Below are positions 53,401-62,677 of a stretch of 64,000 bases of DNA, piece by piece (the stretch's first letter is position 1; each line of letters begins with the position of its first letter). The stretch covers positions 52,764,001 through 52,828,000 of the forward strand of contig NC_086108.1 of NCBI RefSeq assembly GCF_963921235.1. The letters run 5' to 3'. The position numbers and the translations under genes were made by a program. The notes beneath the pieces were generated by a model. That model ran no database searches and was not told where the DNA came from. It was given only the letters and a program-made list of their open reading frames with translations. This DNA is from Mobula hypostoma. Its lineage: Eukaryota.

Positions 53401-55310
53401 CTGACCCATGCACTGCTTGTAGTTCTCTTCGAAACTGCTGACTAGCAAATAATATGATCCTGCCCATTGAAATTTTAAAACAACTTAGGCATATTAAATA
53501 AATAACTGAAACTAATTGTGAATCTTTTCATTTATAGTTTTGTCAGTGCTGTTGTAGAACGTGTATAGTTTCATATTTATGCAGTTTTATCTTTCAACAT
53601 TCATCAGGGACTTGTTTGAAATTTCTGTTTGATAGATTGTTAAAATGTAATCATTGGTCTCCCCAATAGTTCTGTTGGTAATAATGCTCTCTGATGTAAT
53701 ATGGACTTACACAAACCTTGAACGTCCCCAATTTCGTCATTGTTCTATATTGAATTTACTAATATTAGCTGGATCAGTGCTAAGTTTTTTAAAGTTGCTG
53801 GTGAACGCAGCAGGCCAGGCAGCATCTCTAGGAAGAGGTGCAGTCGACGTTTCAGGCCGAGACCCTTTGTCAGGACTAACTGAAGGAAGAGTGAGTAAGG
53901 GATTTGAAAGTTGGAGGGGGAGGGGGAGATCCAAAATGATAGGAGAAGACAGGAGGGGGAGGGATAGAGCCAAGAGCTAGACAGGTGATAGGCAAAAGGG
54001 GATACGAGAGGATCATGGGACAGGAGGTCCGGGAAGAAAGACAAGGCGGGGGGGGGGCCCAGAGGATGGGCAAGAGGTATATTCAGAGGGACAGAGGGAG
54101 AAAAAGGAGAGTGAGAGAAAGAATGTGTGCATAAAAATAAGTAACAGATGGGGTACGAGGGGGAGGTGGGGCCTTAGCGGAAGTTAGAGAAGTCGATGTT
54201 CATGCCATCAGGTTGGAGGCTACCCAGACGGAGTATAAGGTGTTGTTCCTCCAACCTGAGTGTGGCTTCATCTTTACAGTAGAGGAGGCCGTGGATAGAC
54301 ATGTCAGAATGGGAATGGGATGTGGAATTAAAATGTGTGGCCACTGGGAGATCCTGCTTTCTCTGGTGGACAGAGCGTAGATGTTCAGCAAAGCGGTCTC
54401 CCAGTCTGCGTCGGGTCTCGCCAATATATAAGAGACCACATCGGGAGCACCGGACGCAGTATATCACCCCAGTCGACTCACAGGTTGCCTCACCTGGAAG
54501 GACTGTTTGGGGCCCTGAATGGTGGTAAGGGAGGAAGTGTAAGGGCATGTGTAGCACTTGTTCCGCTTACACGGATAAGTGCCAGGAGGGAGATCAGTGG
54601 GGAGGGATGGGGGGGACGAATGGACAAGGGAGTTGCGTAGGGAGCGATCCCTGCGGAATGCAGAGAGAGGGGGGGAGGGAAAGATGTGCTTAGTGGTGGG
54701 ATCCCGTTGGAGGTGGCGGAAGTTACGGAGAATAATATGTTGGACCCGGAGGCGACATCTGCAGAATTCCTGTTGTCTAAGTTTTTTAAAATTGGCTTGT
54801 TGCATGAAAGGGAACTTTAGCAAGATTTCCTGTTCTGTATTGTTAATTAATTGTTAATGCGTGCGGTTAATCTCTGAAATGTACTGGAAAGTGCATGTGC
54901 AAAAATTTGTGTTGGAACAGGATTAGATATAGGTAGGTATAAAAATCTGATGATACTCCCTGGCTAGCGTCATACACAGAAAATGACAGATTTGGTGTCG
55001 GTGCCAAAACATGGAGGAATGAGTGAGAACTGAATATTGAAATAAAAAGTGATAAGATTTTTTTGTAAGAATGAATCAGTTTAAAAATGTAAATGAAAAT
55101 CTGAAAGGTATTTACTTTCTATTTAATTTTTAGGTTTTCAGCTCTCCTTCTAAGGAGAAATATCCACTATTTACTTTTTCAGAGGGTCATGCTAAAGATT
55201 ATGAAGTTAATAAACACAGTACACTGAAAACTGAATCAATAACACAGGACTCTGGGACTCGGAGGAGGAAAGCAGAAAGGTTGAGTAATGAGGAATTTGT
55301 TTTGTTGTAA
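11401..55310 (+). CDS. ATG4C: ATG4C cysteine protease (peptidase C54), 5'-partial spliced CDS: join(11401..11484,20648..20881,21695..22037,32979..33049,36631..36776,39521..39599,49723..49799,51351..51470,55134..55310)
   Basis: Nine GT-AG exons (1331 nt) with compatible phases give one open frame: ..[163 protein letters not shown]. From recall, [33 protein letters not shown] and EEFVLL match ATG4C rather than ATG4D. Confidence 0.96.
13140..15056 (+). mobile_element. Old Penelope-like element remnant (RT, GIY-YIG, pLTR), with a short LINE 3' end inserted at about 13500-13680
   Basis: [29 protein letters not shown] (PLE RT motif GxAMGT); [17 protein letters not shown] (EN region); degenerate hammerhead at 14956-14993. 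Confidence 0.82.
15303..15537. mobile_element. Penelope-derived fold-back non-autonomous element
   Basis: Inverted arms about 15336-15433 / 15444-15540; 13-bp TSD ttgcttttcattg (15290-15302, 15538-15550); hammerhead cores on both strands, each imperfect. Confidence 0.88.
16283..17965 (-). mobile_element. CR1 LINE fragment
   Basis: [69 protein letters not shown]. Confidence 0.9.
18320..19180 (+). mobile_element. Degenerate CR1 ORF1 (esterase) region
   Basis: gtggtagtaggagacagtttagttctaggtatagat encodes [12 protein letters not shown] (GDS motif), followed by a VVIHV-like segment. Confidence 0.65.
19490..19990 (-). mobile_element. Old Penelope-like fragment
   Basis: Minus strand [20 protein letters not shown], similar to the PLE at 54464-54750. 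Confidence 0.65.
20648..20881 (+). CDS. ATG4C: ATG4C coding exon (234 bp) with the catalytic Cys
   Basis: Acceptor ttttccag|, donor |gtgagt; encodes [45 protein letters not shown]. Confidence 0.97.
21695..22037 (+). CDS. ATG4C: ATG4C coding exon (343 bp)
   Basis: Acceptor tttttctttccag|, donor |gtgagt; encodes [48 protein letters not shown]. Confidence 0.96.
23340..27410 (+). mobile_element. Rex1-like LINE (+) split by an antisense Rex1-like copy and a younger 3' fragment (26218-26590)
   Basis: [64 protein letters not shown]; (ctgatt)n tail at about 26575-26590. Confidence 0.82.
23665..25718 (-). mobile_element. Rex1-like LINE, antisense, with APE and RT remnants
   Basis: [24 protein letters not shown] (APE start); [33 protein letters not shown]. 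Confidence 0.82.
27430..27745 (+). mobile_element. tRNA-derived HE1/V-SINE-like element
   Basis: gacctgggttctatcctg (B box), V-domain-like gtctgtgcagggtgtacatattct..gaccacgtagac, CR1-like tail gacttgatgggccaattggc. Confidence 0.7.
29070..30200 (-). mobile_element. Ancient CR1/L2-type LINE remnant with a small Rex1-like 3' insertion (about 29628-29775)
   Basis: [28 protein letters not shown] resembles a CR1/L2 RT C-terminus; very degenerate. Confidence 0.55.
30220..30495 (-). mobile_element. V-SINE-like element
   Basis: tctttggactgtgggaagtaactggagcacatggaggaacc (reverse V-domain), ggaattgaactc (reverse B box), tttatttatt tail. Confidence 0.7.
31270..31598 (-). mobile_element. RTE-related non-autonomous element
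   Basis: Contains agtggtttgccattgtcttct, shared with the SINEs at 1429 and 2557 (RTE-like AATGGCAAACCAC). Confidence 0.55.
32979..33049 (+). CDS. ATG4C: ATG4C coding exon (71 bp)
   Basis: Acceptor ttttgttag|, donor |gtgagt; encodes [23 protein letters not shown]. Confidence 0.95.
33971..34124. mobile_element. MITE of the Tc1/mariner-pogo (Tigger) type, 154 bp
   Basis: About 22-bp TIRs taggtcgaccttcactaatccg / cggattagtgaaggttgacctg, TA on both sides, internal (ccggatta) subrepeats. Confidence 0.88.
34127..34690 (+). mobile_element. RTE-type 5'-UTR-like repeat
   Basis: agaaggaaaactctgctctcaaacc..ggctttgggagtaaacc resembles RTE LINE 5' regions (recall only). Confidence 0.45.
35800..36410 (+). 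mobile_element. CR1 3' fragment
   Basis: ctggttagaccacacttggaatattgtg..aggaggatgagaggtgacttgatagaggt..tgtgctgctctatgtt tail. Confidence 0.88.
36631..36776 (+). CDS. ATG4C: ATG4C coding exon (146 bp)
   Basis: Acceptor ctctttttcag|, donor |gtagtg; encodes [33 protein letters not shown]. Confidence 0.95.
37300..38355 (+). mobile_element. CR1 RT/3' fragment, followed by a V-SINE fragment (about 38360-38480, minus strand)
   Basis: [36 protein letters not shown]. Confidence 0.88.
39521..39599 (+). CDS. ATG4C: ATG4C coding exon (79 bp)
   Basis: Acceptor ttttctataaatag|, donor |gtttgt; encodes [26 protein letters not shown]. Confidence 0.95.
40818..42393 (-). mobile_element. Young Rex1/Babar-like LINE, 5'-truncated
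   Basis: [68 protein letters not shown], then [31 protein letters not shown]. Confidence 0.9.
41331..41952 (+). mobile_element. Non-autonomous retroposon (622 bp) inserted in the Rex1-like RT
   Basis: Interrupts the frame ..TTWHGS|CPVQD..; aact at both ends; starts ggtgggaggagaagatggcggc; ends AATAAA..(cataat)2. Confidence 0.75.
42503..44164 (-). mobile_element. Internally deleted Tigger/pogo DNA transposon
   Basis: TIRs caggtttctcccgc / gcagggaacacctg, TA TSD. Minus-strand transposase remnants: [34 protein letters not shown] (N-terminal HTH) and [20 protein letters not shown] (Tigger-like C-terminus). Confidence 0.87.
45960..47200 (-). mobile_element. Highly degenerate CR1 remnant
   Basis: cacttgtcagtagccttgttgaaatccatgtacac..aagttagtcagacatgacctt, a reverse-strand CR1 RT signature. 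Confidence 0.65.
47245..47348 (-). mobile_element. Penelope-like terminal fragment
   Basis: cacacacaaaatgctggaggaagtcagcaggttaggcagcatcta, homologous to the reverse of 160-235. Confidence 0.65.
47600..49080. mobile_element. Tx1-clade (L1 group) LINE remnant: RT on +, 3' end on -
   Basis: + strand [66 protein letters not shown]; - strand [18 protein letters not shown]. Confidence 0.72.
49148..49192. repeat. (TA)n/(CA)n microsatellite
   Basis: atatatatatatatacacatacatacacacacacacacaca. Confidence 0.95.
49723..49799 (+). CDS. ATG4C: ATG4C coding exon (77 bp) with catalytic Asp/His (DPH)
   Basis: Acceptor tttttgtccttcaag|, donor |gtgaag; encodes [26 protein letters not shown]. Confidence 0.96.
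51351..51470 (+). CDS. ATG4C: ATG4C coding exon (120 bp)
   Basis: Acceptor gtattttcag|, donor |gtgagt; encodes [40 protein letters not shown]. Confidence 0.95.
52488..52506 (+). promoter_or_regulatory. CTCF-like motif in unique intronic sequence
   Basis: tgaCCAGCAGGTGGCAata matches the CCASYAGRKGGCR core. Confidence 0.5.
52850..53360 (+). mobile_element. Old Penelope-like remnant
   Basis: cagttctaccttctacacaaagat (FYLLxKIH-like), then EN-like cattggagaaagtaaatgtagattgagtgaccac. Confidence 0.55.
53794..54776 (-). mobile_element. Young 5'-truncated Penelope-like element (Neptune-type) with Cys-rich linker, GIY-YIG endonuclease and pLTR
   Basis: [50 protein letters not shown]; 14-bp TSD ctaagttttttaaa (53780-53793, 54777-54790); frameshift near 54484. 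Confidence 0.92.
55134..55310 (+). CDS. ATG4C: ATG4C last coding exon, ending in the LIR-type motif EEFVLL and stop TAA
   Basis: Acceptor atttaatttttag|; encodes [34 protein letters not shown]. Confidence 0.95.
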   Translation, partial: VFSSPSKEKYPLFTFSEGHAKDYEVNKHSTLKTESITQDSGTRRRKAERLSNEEFVLL

Positions 55311-55468
55311 CAGAATTTCACAGTAACTACAATGGGGTTTCCTGCCATTGCTGGCAGAAACTATGGGTGCCTACTAACATTGATGGATAATCTGTGAAAC
55401 ATCTGCAAAAGTATATATTTCACTGTATAAAAATGTAAACTTAAGTGTCTTTTTTGTAATTTACTATA

Positions 55469-55474
55469 AATAAA
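55469..55474 (+). terminator. Candidate polyadenylation signal of ATG4C
   Basis: AATAAA about 160 nt after the stop, in AT-rich sequence and followed by T-rich tracts; use not verified. Confidence 0.5.
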
Positions 55475-55724
55475 ATAATTTAAATACTAGTTTTTTACAG
55501 CTGAACATTTTTCTATGGTTTTCTTCATGCATCTTTATTTTCTTTGCCTCACTAAGTTAAATCATAGACATTTGAGATTAACAAAAGAATGATCTTGGAA
55601 ATATTGTGATGGTTTAATATATAAATCAGTGATCATACACTAGCAAAAATTTCTCCAGTTATCCTGCCTCACTCTGAACAAGCTCCCTTTATATTTATAT
55701 AGTCTCCTCCTTGACCTTGCTGAT

Positions 55725-56525
55725 ATGGACGTGAAAGATAAGTGTGAAGTGGTTTATTTTGGTAGGTCAAAAATGATAGCAGAATATAGTATTAATGGTA
55801 AGACTCTTGGCAGTGTGGAGGATCAGAGGGATCTTGGGGTCCGAGTCCATAGGACGCTCAAAGCAGCTGCGCAGATTGACTCTGTGGTTAAGAAGGCATA
55901 CGGTATATTGGCCTTCATTAATCGTGGAATTGAATTTAGAGAGGTAATGTTGCAGCTATATAGGACCCTGGTCAGACCCCACTTGGAATACTGTACTCAG
56001 TTCTGGTTGCTGCGCTACAGGGAGGATGTGGAAGCTATAGAAAGGGTGCAGAGGAGATTTACAAGGATGTTGCCTGGATTGGGGAGCATGCCTTATGAAA
56101 ACAGGTTGAGTGAACTCGGCCTTTTCTCCTTGGAGTGACGGAGGATGAGAGGTGACCTGATAGAGGTGTATGAGATGATGAGAGGCATTGATCGTGTGGA
56201 TAGTCAGAGGCTTTTTCCCAGGGCTGAAATGGTTGCCACAAGAGGACACAGGTTTAAGGTGCTCGGGAGGAGGTACAGAGGAGGTGTCAGGGTAAGTTTT
56301 TTACTCAGAGAGTGGTGAGTGTGTGGAATGGCCTGCCAGAAACGGTGGTGGAGGCAGATATGATAGGGTCTTTTAAGAGACTTTTGGATAGGTACATGGA
56401 GCTTAGAAAAATAGAGGGCTATGGGTAAGCCTAGTAATTTCTAAAGTAGGGACATGTTCGGCACAACTTTGTGGGCTGAAGGGCCTGTATTGTGCTGTAG
56501 GTTTTCTATCTTTCTACGTTTCTAT
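55725..56525 (+). mobile_element. Young CR1 3' fragment just downstream of the ATG4C poly(A) signal
   Basis: [46 protein letters not shown]; (tttcta) tail. Confidence 0.92.
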
Positions 56526-57649
56526 GAAATCATGACTGGAAACCTAAATTATTTATCTCCCTTTTATTTCTCGATACAGTTAGTATCAAAAACCAGTTTC
56601 TGATTTAAAGTAAATAATTGACGATTGTCATTTGTGAAATTTCCTAATTTCTGTCACCCTCTGCATAGTTTATTGTCATGTGTACACTAAATAGCTTGAT
56701 TTGGTTACTGTTCATACAAATCAAATCATTACACAGTGCATTGAGCTAGAATAAGGTAAAACAATAACTATGCAGAATAAAGTGTAAAAACTACCGAGAA
56801 AGGAGTATAATCATAGTGAAAAAAAGAAAATGATGGACACACAGAATAACTAGCAATAGTCTTTGCAATTGGATAGTATCTCTTGGCTTTCCTATTTCTT
56901 AGTACATAATCATGACAGAATTTAAGTTAAAAGGAGAGAAATGTGTATATTTCTAAAACAGGACAGTCTGTAAAGTTATTGTGGTTATCCTATTTCATGA
57001 TTGAGGTTGCAGAGAGTGTTGTTGCCAAAGTAATCCAAGTTAAATTATTGTAATGCATTCAATAGTTTGTATATACTGCAGCCACAGTGCACTGCAGATG
57101 CAAGGTATACTTGCATTCGTGCTCAGTTTTTTTCATACAGATTTGACCACTTGCCCAAAAAATAAAGGTTGCATATTTCAACATCTCATTTCAGAGATTT
57201 GAAATTTAACTGCCTTGATATATTAATATTGCTATGTAAATGTAAACTGCTGTTTTAGTTATCTGACCAAGGAGTGATTGTTAAGTAATGATAGGCAGGG
57301 GTGACAATACCTTAACATGTAAGTATTGCATTTCCCCAGTTTACCCTTTCTCCTAATTTAACAATTTGCACTGTATGCCATACCAACCTGAGCAGGATAC
57401 TTATAACTTTAGTGTTGACAGACTAATAACATGGTTCTCTTCAGTCTCAAGGACACGTGCACTGTTTAGATATTCTTTATATGCACAGCAATTGCTTAAT
57501 CTTGGCCAAATGTGACTCCTTTTCAGGTATTCAATGTATGGTTCATGAACCAGGGAACAGGGTGGAATTTATGTACCACAGTTAGTTCAGGACTACTGGT
57601 TTTCTGTGGAGTATGAGAAGGATTTTACAGTTTGATGGGACAGCAGGTG

Positions 57650-59385
57650 AATCTGCCATTGAGGCAGTGGTAACAATTGCCACAAAGCAGGAGTTGGTAG
57701 AGTGACAGGAGTAATGACAGGCAAGAAAATTGAGAGGACTCTGGCTATTGAGGGAACTTGTTTCTATCAATTAAGAGTAAACTGATTTTAGTAATGTGCT
57801 ATTTTTCTAAATCAAGTTGAAGAGCACATGGTAAATTTACAATTATGCAGGAAGGTACAAAATTGGGAGAGGGTAAATTACAACAGGGTAAGGTAGAAGC
57901 TAAGGGAGGATTAATTGTGACTAGGTGCTGTCAGGGAAGTGATGTCTGAAATGTGGGAGCTGTTTAAAGACCAGCTGATCAGAGTTCTGGATCTGAATGT
58001 TCCAGTAAGGAGTAGGGACAAGGGTGGTAGGATAAGGGAACCTTTGATGACTTAAGAGGTCCTAAATTTAGGCAGGGATGAAAAGGAAGTAAGCATAAGA
58101 TTTTAGGAAGCCAAAATCAGACTGGTCCTTGTGGAATATAAGGACGGCAGGAAAGGTGCTCAAGCAGGTCATTATGAAGGCCAAAAGAGGCCACAAATAG
58201 TCCGTAACAAGCAGGACCAAAGAGAATCCCGAGGCGTTTCATATGTATTAAGTAAAGGTGGATAGCAAGGAGAGGGTAGGTCCACTCAAGGAGAAAGTAA
58301 GGAATATGTGCTTAGAGCAAGTGGCTGAAGTAGTAAATGAGTACTTTGTGTCAATATTTACCAAGGGGAAGAAATTGGAGGACTGTGAAAACAGAATGGA
58401 GCATTCTAATGTGCTGAGACATCTTGAGATTAAGAAGGTAGTGTTGGGTCTTATGAAAAGCATTAAGGTGGATAAGACCCCAGGACCTGATGGTATATAT
58501 CCTAGAAAATCAAAAGAATCAAGAGAGGAGATTGCTGGGCTTTCATGTGAATCTTTGAGTCCTGATTAGCAACAGGCGATGTCCCAGAGGACTGGAGAGT
58601 AACAATGTTGTGTCTTTGTTCAAGAAGAGAAATGGGGATAATTCAGGTAATTAAAGGCCTGTGAGCCTCATGCCAGTGGTGAGGAAACTATGGGGAGGAT
58701 ACTAAGAGATAGGATTTAGGCTCATTTGGAAAGACATGGCCTGGTCAGGGACAGTCAGCGTGGCTTTGTGCAGGGCAGATCATATCCTACAAACTTGATT
58801 TGAGTTTTTTGAGGAGGTTTCAAAGGTGCTTGATGAGGGGAAAGCAGTTACGTTATTCACATGGATTTTAGTAAGGCATTTGACAAAGTTCCACGGTAGG
58901 TTGATTCAGAAGATAAAGGTGCATGAGATCTGGGGTAAGTCAGAAGTATGGATTCAGAACTGGCTTGCCTATGGAAGACAAAGTAGGGGTAGAAGTCTGT
59001 TATTCTGGTTGGAGGTCCACGATCAGTGGTGCTCTGCGAGGATTGGTGCTGTGACTTCTGCCATTTGTTGAAAACACCAGAGGACATGCTTTTGAGATTG
59101 GAGGGGTAAGTTTAAAGGCATCGTAATGGGCAAGTTTTTTAATATATAAATGCAGAGAGTGGTAAGTGACTGGAATGTGTTCCCACAGCAGTGGTGGAAT
59201 TGGGTAGTTTGGTGGAGTTTAAGAAGCTTTTGGATGCACACTTGAATATAAAGGGAAAGAAGTAGTATGGATGAAGGGATTTAGATGTTAATAGGAGGAG
59301 GACATTTGGTACAACCTGGCAACAAGATTGGCACAACATCTTGGGCCAAATGGACTGTCCAGTGTTGTAATGTTTGTGTTCTAAA
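57650..59385 (+). mobile_element. Degenerate CR1 LINE
   Basis: AEVVNEYFVSIFTK..IKVDKTPGPDGIYPR; CR1 3' tail ttgggccaaatggactgtccagtgttgtaatg. Confidence 0.85.
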
Positions 59386-59750
59386 CTGGGACAGGAATCA
59401 GGCCTTAGTCTGTTAAAGTAGATGGTAACCTATGAGAGCACGTTTAATGTAGCACTGAAAGTGTTCTTATTTGAGAGTTGAGGCAAACAGTGTCGCACCA
59501 TCTTATTAGACGCAATTGGAGCTAACTGCTTCTGCTTTTGTTCTTATTCTGGATTATTTTATTCTGAAATAATTTTGAGTTTATTCCTCCTTAATGCACT
59601 ATTGTTGATTATCTTCAAGTGCCTCAATCCCATTCAAAGAAGATTTTTTGCAGAATCAAGTTTGATATCGCTGGCATATATCATAAAGTCTGTTGTGTTG
59701 CAGCAACAGTACATTGCAATAGATTTTTAAAAACTACAATAAGAAATATT

Positions 59751-60001
59751 AGCAACACACATCAAATTTGCTGGTGATCGCAGCAGGCCAGTCAGCATCT
59801 GTAGGAAGAGGTGCAGTCGACGTTTCAGGCCGAGACCCTTCGTCAGGACCTGAAACGTCGACTGCACCTCTTCCTACAGATGCTGAAATGTCGACTGCAC
59901 CTCTTCCTACAGATGCTGCCTGGCCTGCTGCGTTCACCAGCAAATTTGATGTGTGTTGCTTGAATTTCCAGCATCTGCAGAATTCCTGTTGTTTGCGTTT
60001 A
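59751..60001. mobile_element. Penelope-derived fold-back element with an internal 33-bp tandem duplication
   Basis: 13-bp TSD aataagaaatatt (59738-59750, 60002-60014); inverted arms about 59751-59829 / 59849-59960; duplication 59851-59883 / 59884-59916. Confidence 0.9.
59814..59850 (-). ncRNA. Minimal type I hammerhead ribozyme motif
   Basis: Minus strand GGUC-CUGACGA-AGGGUCUCGGCCU-GAAAC-GUC-GACUG; intact core, 4-bp stem I. Confidence 0.75.
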
Positions 60002-60271
60002 AATAAGAAATATTTGTATGATATATAATATTAATATTTATATATACGTACCACAGATTCTGTAATTATCAATAAACCAACTGTATGGAATCAATTGACT
60101 GTACCTGGTGGTCTCAGGGCTGGGTGTGTCTACACCTGCACTACTCCCTGCCCCTGGCACTCTCTGCCACCTGCCCCATACCCCTCCCATGGTGTTCCCC
60201 CTTGCCTAAGACGTTTGAATAGTACTGTATGTGTAAATGTGTGTGTACCGTATATATACATATGTGTAGAC

Positions 60272-60292
60272 TGTGTGTGTGTGTGTGTGTGT
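60272..60292. repeat. (TG)n microsatellite
   Basis: tgtgtgtgtgtgtgtgtgtgt. Confidence 0.95.
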
Positions 60293-60497
60293 CTATCTGT
60301 CTGTAGATCTTTGAGTGAGTGTGAGTATATATGTATACATGTGTGCATAAATTAAATTTGTAGTGCAAATAGAGAGCAAAAAAGTAAAACAAAATAGTGA
60401 GGTAGTATACATGGGTTCATTGCCCATTCAGAAATCTGATGATGGTGGTGGGGAAGAAGCTGGTCCTAAACCGTTTTTGTTTTTGTCTGTTTGTCTC

Positions 60498-60514
60498 TGT
60501 GTGTGTCTGTGTCT

Positions 60515-60553
<39 letters not shown>

Positions 60554-60569
60554 CCTCCCCCCCCCCCCC
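60498..60569. repeat. (TG)/(TC)n microsatellite and poly-C tract
   Basis: tgtgtgtgtctgtgtctgtgtctctctc...tcttcccctccccccccccccc. Confidence 0.95.
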
Positions 60570-61874
60570 ATACCACCTCCTTGATTGCTGTTTCGTCCCT
60601 TAAAATTGCTCCCACTTTTTGGTGCTTGTTATTTCTGTATCTCTATAAAGCAGTGGTTAGTACATTAAGAATTCAATAGAAATGCATGTTGTTGATTGTC
60701 ATTCTGATGTGGAATGTCACTGATCACTTTGGAGAATGTAATTTCCAAAGTTGAAGGTGGAAAGTATATTTCTCATACATCAATTTGGTAAAGAGCTGCA
60801 AATTTGTTTTTTTTTAAATTTAAGATTTGTTATTAGGTGCGTTTTTCTAAGTATGCATGACATTTGATCATTTAGATTTATGACACTGATACTTTCTAGG
60901 TAGTGATGCTGTGTGTGACTCTATGTTATGTGTTTTGCACCTTGGCCTTGAAGTAACACTGTTTTGTTTAGCTGTAGACATGTATGGTTGATTGACAATT
61001 AAACTTGAACTTGTACAGTATGTAGAAGATGCAAATTGTGCATTATTATTATTGGTTAATGATCAGGTTAATTGGTTAATATGTCAGTGGCAGCTATGCC
61101 CTAACTAACCTAAATCAAGTTTAAGAAATTATATTATGTAGATGCCTGATTAGCTGTAGACTTAAACTTGTTTTGCAGATTATTTTCATATTTTTGGTTG
61201 GAGTTTATTCAATTGAGTGATAATAGAACATATAATTTTTCTTGACAAGTTTAACATTGTTGTGAGGTATGGTCATTAGATGTAAAAGAGTGAATTTTAT
61301 CAGTATATTCTGCTGGTATCATCCTATGGATTTGTGTTTTTAAAAGGGTCTTTCCGAAGTGCAAGTCTAGCTTTAACTGTGGGATAAAACATTCTCCGCA
61401 CACTAGGTCAATTTGCCATTTAATGTCCATCATTCTCAATTTTTCAGCAGTAACCAATGGTGGGTGCTAAGGCTAGGTAGGATATCACTAGTTTCTTTGC
61501 AGGATCTTATTGGCAATTACAATATTTCCCTTAGCTTTCTCCTTGGTCTGTTCAACAAAATCAACAAAATAACTTCATACCAAGGAATCAGAACTTATTA
61601 TGACACTACACTATGAAGGAAGTTTGCTCAATCTCCACTTCGCTTCCACCCATTGAAAATATTGTTTCCAGAGGTTATAAGTTAATGTGAAGAATTCAAT
61701 GAAACAAGATATTACATAATATTTCAAAAGTAAGGATTGGAGCCAATATGGAAATTTTTGACTGATGGGAAATAATTGTAAGATAATTATTTAAAAATAT
61801 AAAAGCTATAAATTTATCAAAATTATAGTGATGCCATTTAAAATAGATTCATGAAATAAGTATGCACATTATTA

Positions 61875-62677
61875 TACATCAGCTAATCGGGACAACCATT
61901 TATTTGAAACAACTCTTGAAGAACAGAAGCAAATCAGGAAAATAGCCAGGATTCCCTTCATTTATTTGGGGCACCATACTACTTAATTAGGGACTGTTGC
62001 TAAACAGTTTCCATCTAGTGTCAATCGCATGCACTTGCATGGTTATTAGATACTACACTGTGCTTTTAGAGAGAATTTTTAAAAATAGCATTATTTTGTT
62101 TGTTTGTGTTCAAAAACCAGCAATTTTTTTTGTTGCTGATATTTAGCGAGATATAAGTAGTAAGACAATTAAAAATTGTTTTGCTCTCTGCGGTTTCAAG
62201 TATTCAGGCTTGAGGATGCCAGAAATGGCCATGAGTGAAAATGAAAATGAACTTAAAGAAGGTAGAAACTATGAAAAATTTGAATATATTGACAATCATC
62301 TTGAATGTTACAATGAAAATGAAGATTTGGAGGATGCAATAATCAAAAGAACTGTATGAAGGCAGTCCATTATCTGCACTAGGTGCCTGCGCTAATTTTG
62401 TTCATTTACAGTCAATCAAAAGAACACAACAGTGCACACTGGATGAATTACTCCATTGATAACTATAATGAACTAACATGCAGTTTTATCGTACTGTTTT
62501 AGTATCGATAGTTCTCTAATTTGTTCAGTATTTCATTTAAATACATAACTCGTTACTCCATTTGTGTTTTTTATACCTTTTTAACTATTTCCATGAAACT
62601 TTGGCTAATTGGGGTAACCATTTAACTGGGCCAAACTGTGCTGGTTCTGATGTGACCCAATTAACCAGAATCCATTG
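61875..62677 (+). mobile_element. Tigger/pogo-type non-autonomous DNA element; left end eroded
   Basis: Right end gtgacccaattaaccagaatccattg|ta; repeated (taattggg) subterminal motifs; acidic remnant ENENELKEGRNYEKFEYIDNHLECYNENEDLEDAIIK. Confidence 0.62.

Noticed and set aside
54174..54557. GIY-YIG ORF as a domesticated host nuclease
   Set aside because: It is frameshifted, 5'-truncated, and bounded by a TSD and pLTR; an ordinary transposon copy.
11401..55310. ATG4D or a pseudogene as alternative identity
   Set aside because: Diagnostic residues fit ATG4C, all splice sites and phases are intact, and there are no in-frame stops.
59851..59916. Direct repeats resembling a CRISPR array
   Set aside because: Two adjacent 33-bp units with no spacer, inside a eukaryotic retroelement; a simple tandem duplication.
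60095..60679. Cys/His/Ser-Leu-rich ORFs
   Set aside because: They are translations of (TG)n, (CA)n and (TC)n microsatellites.
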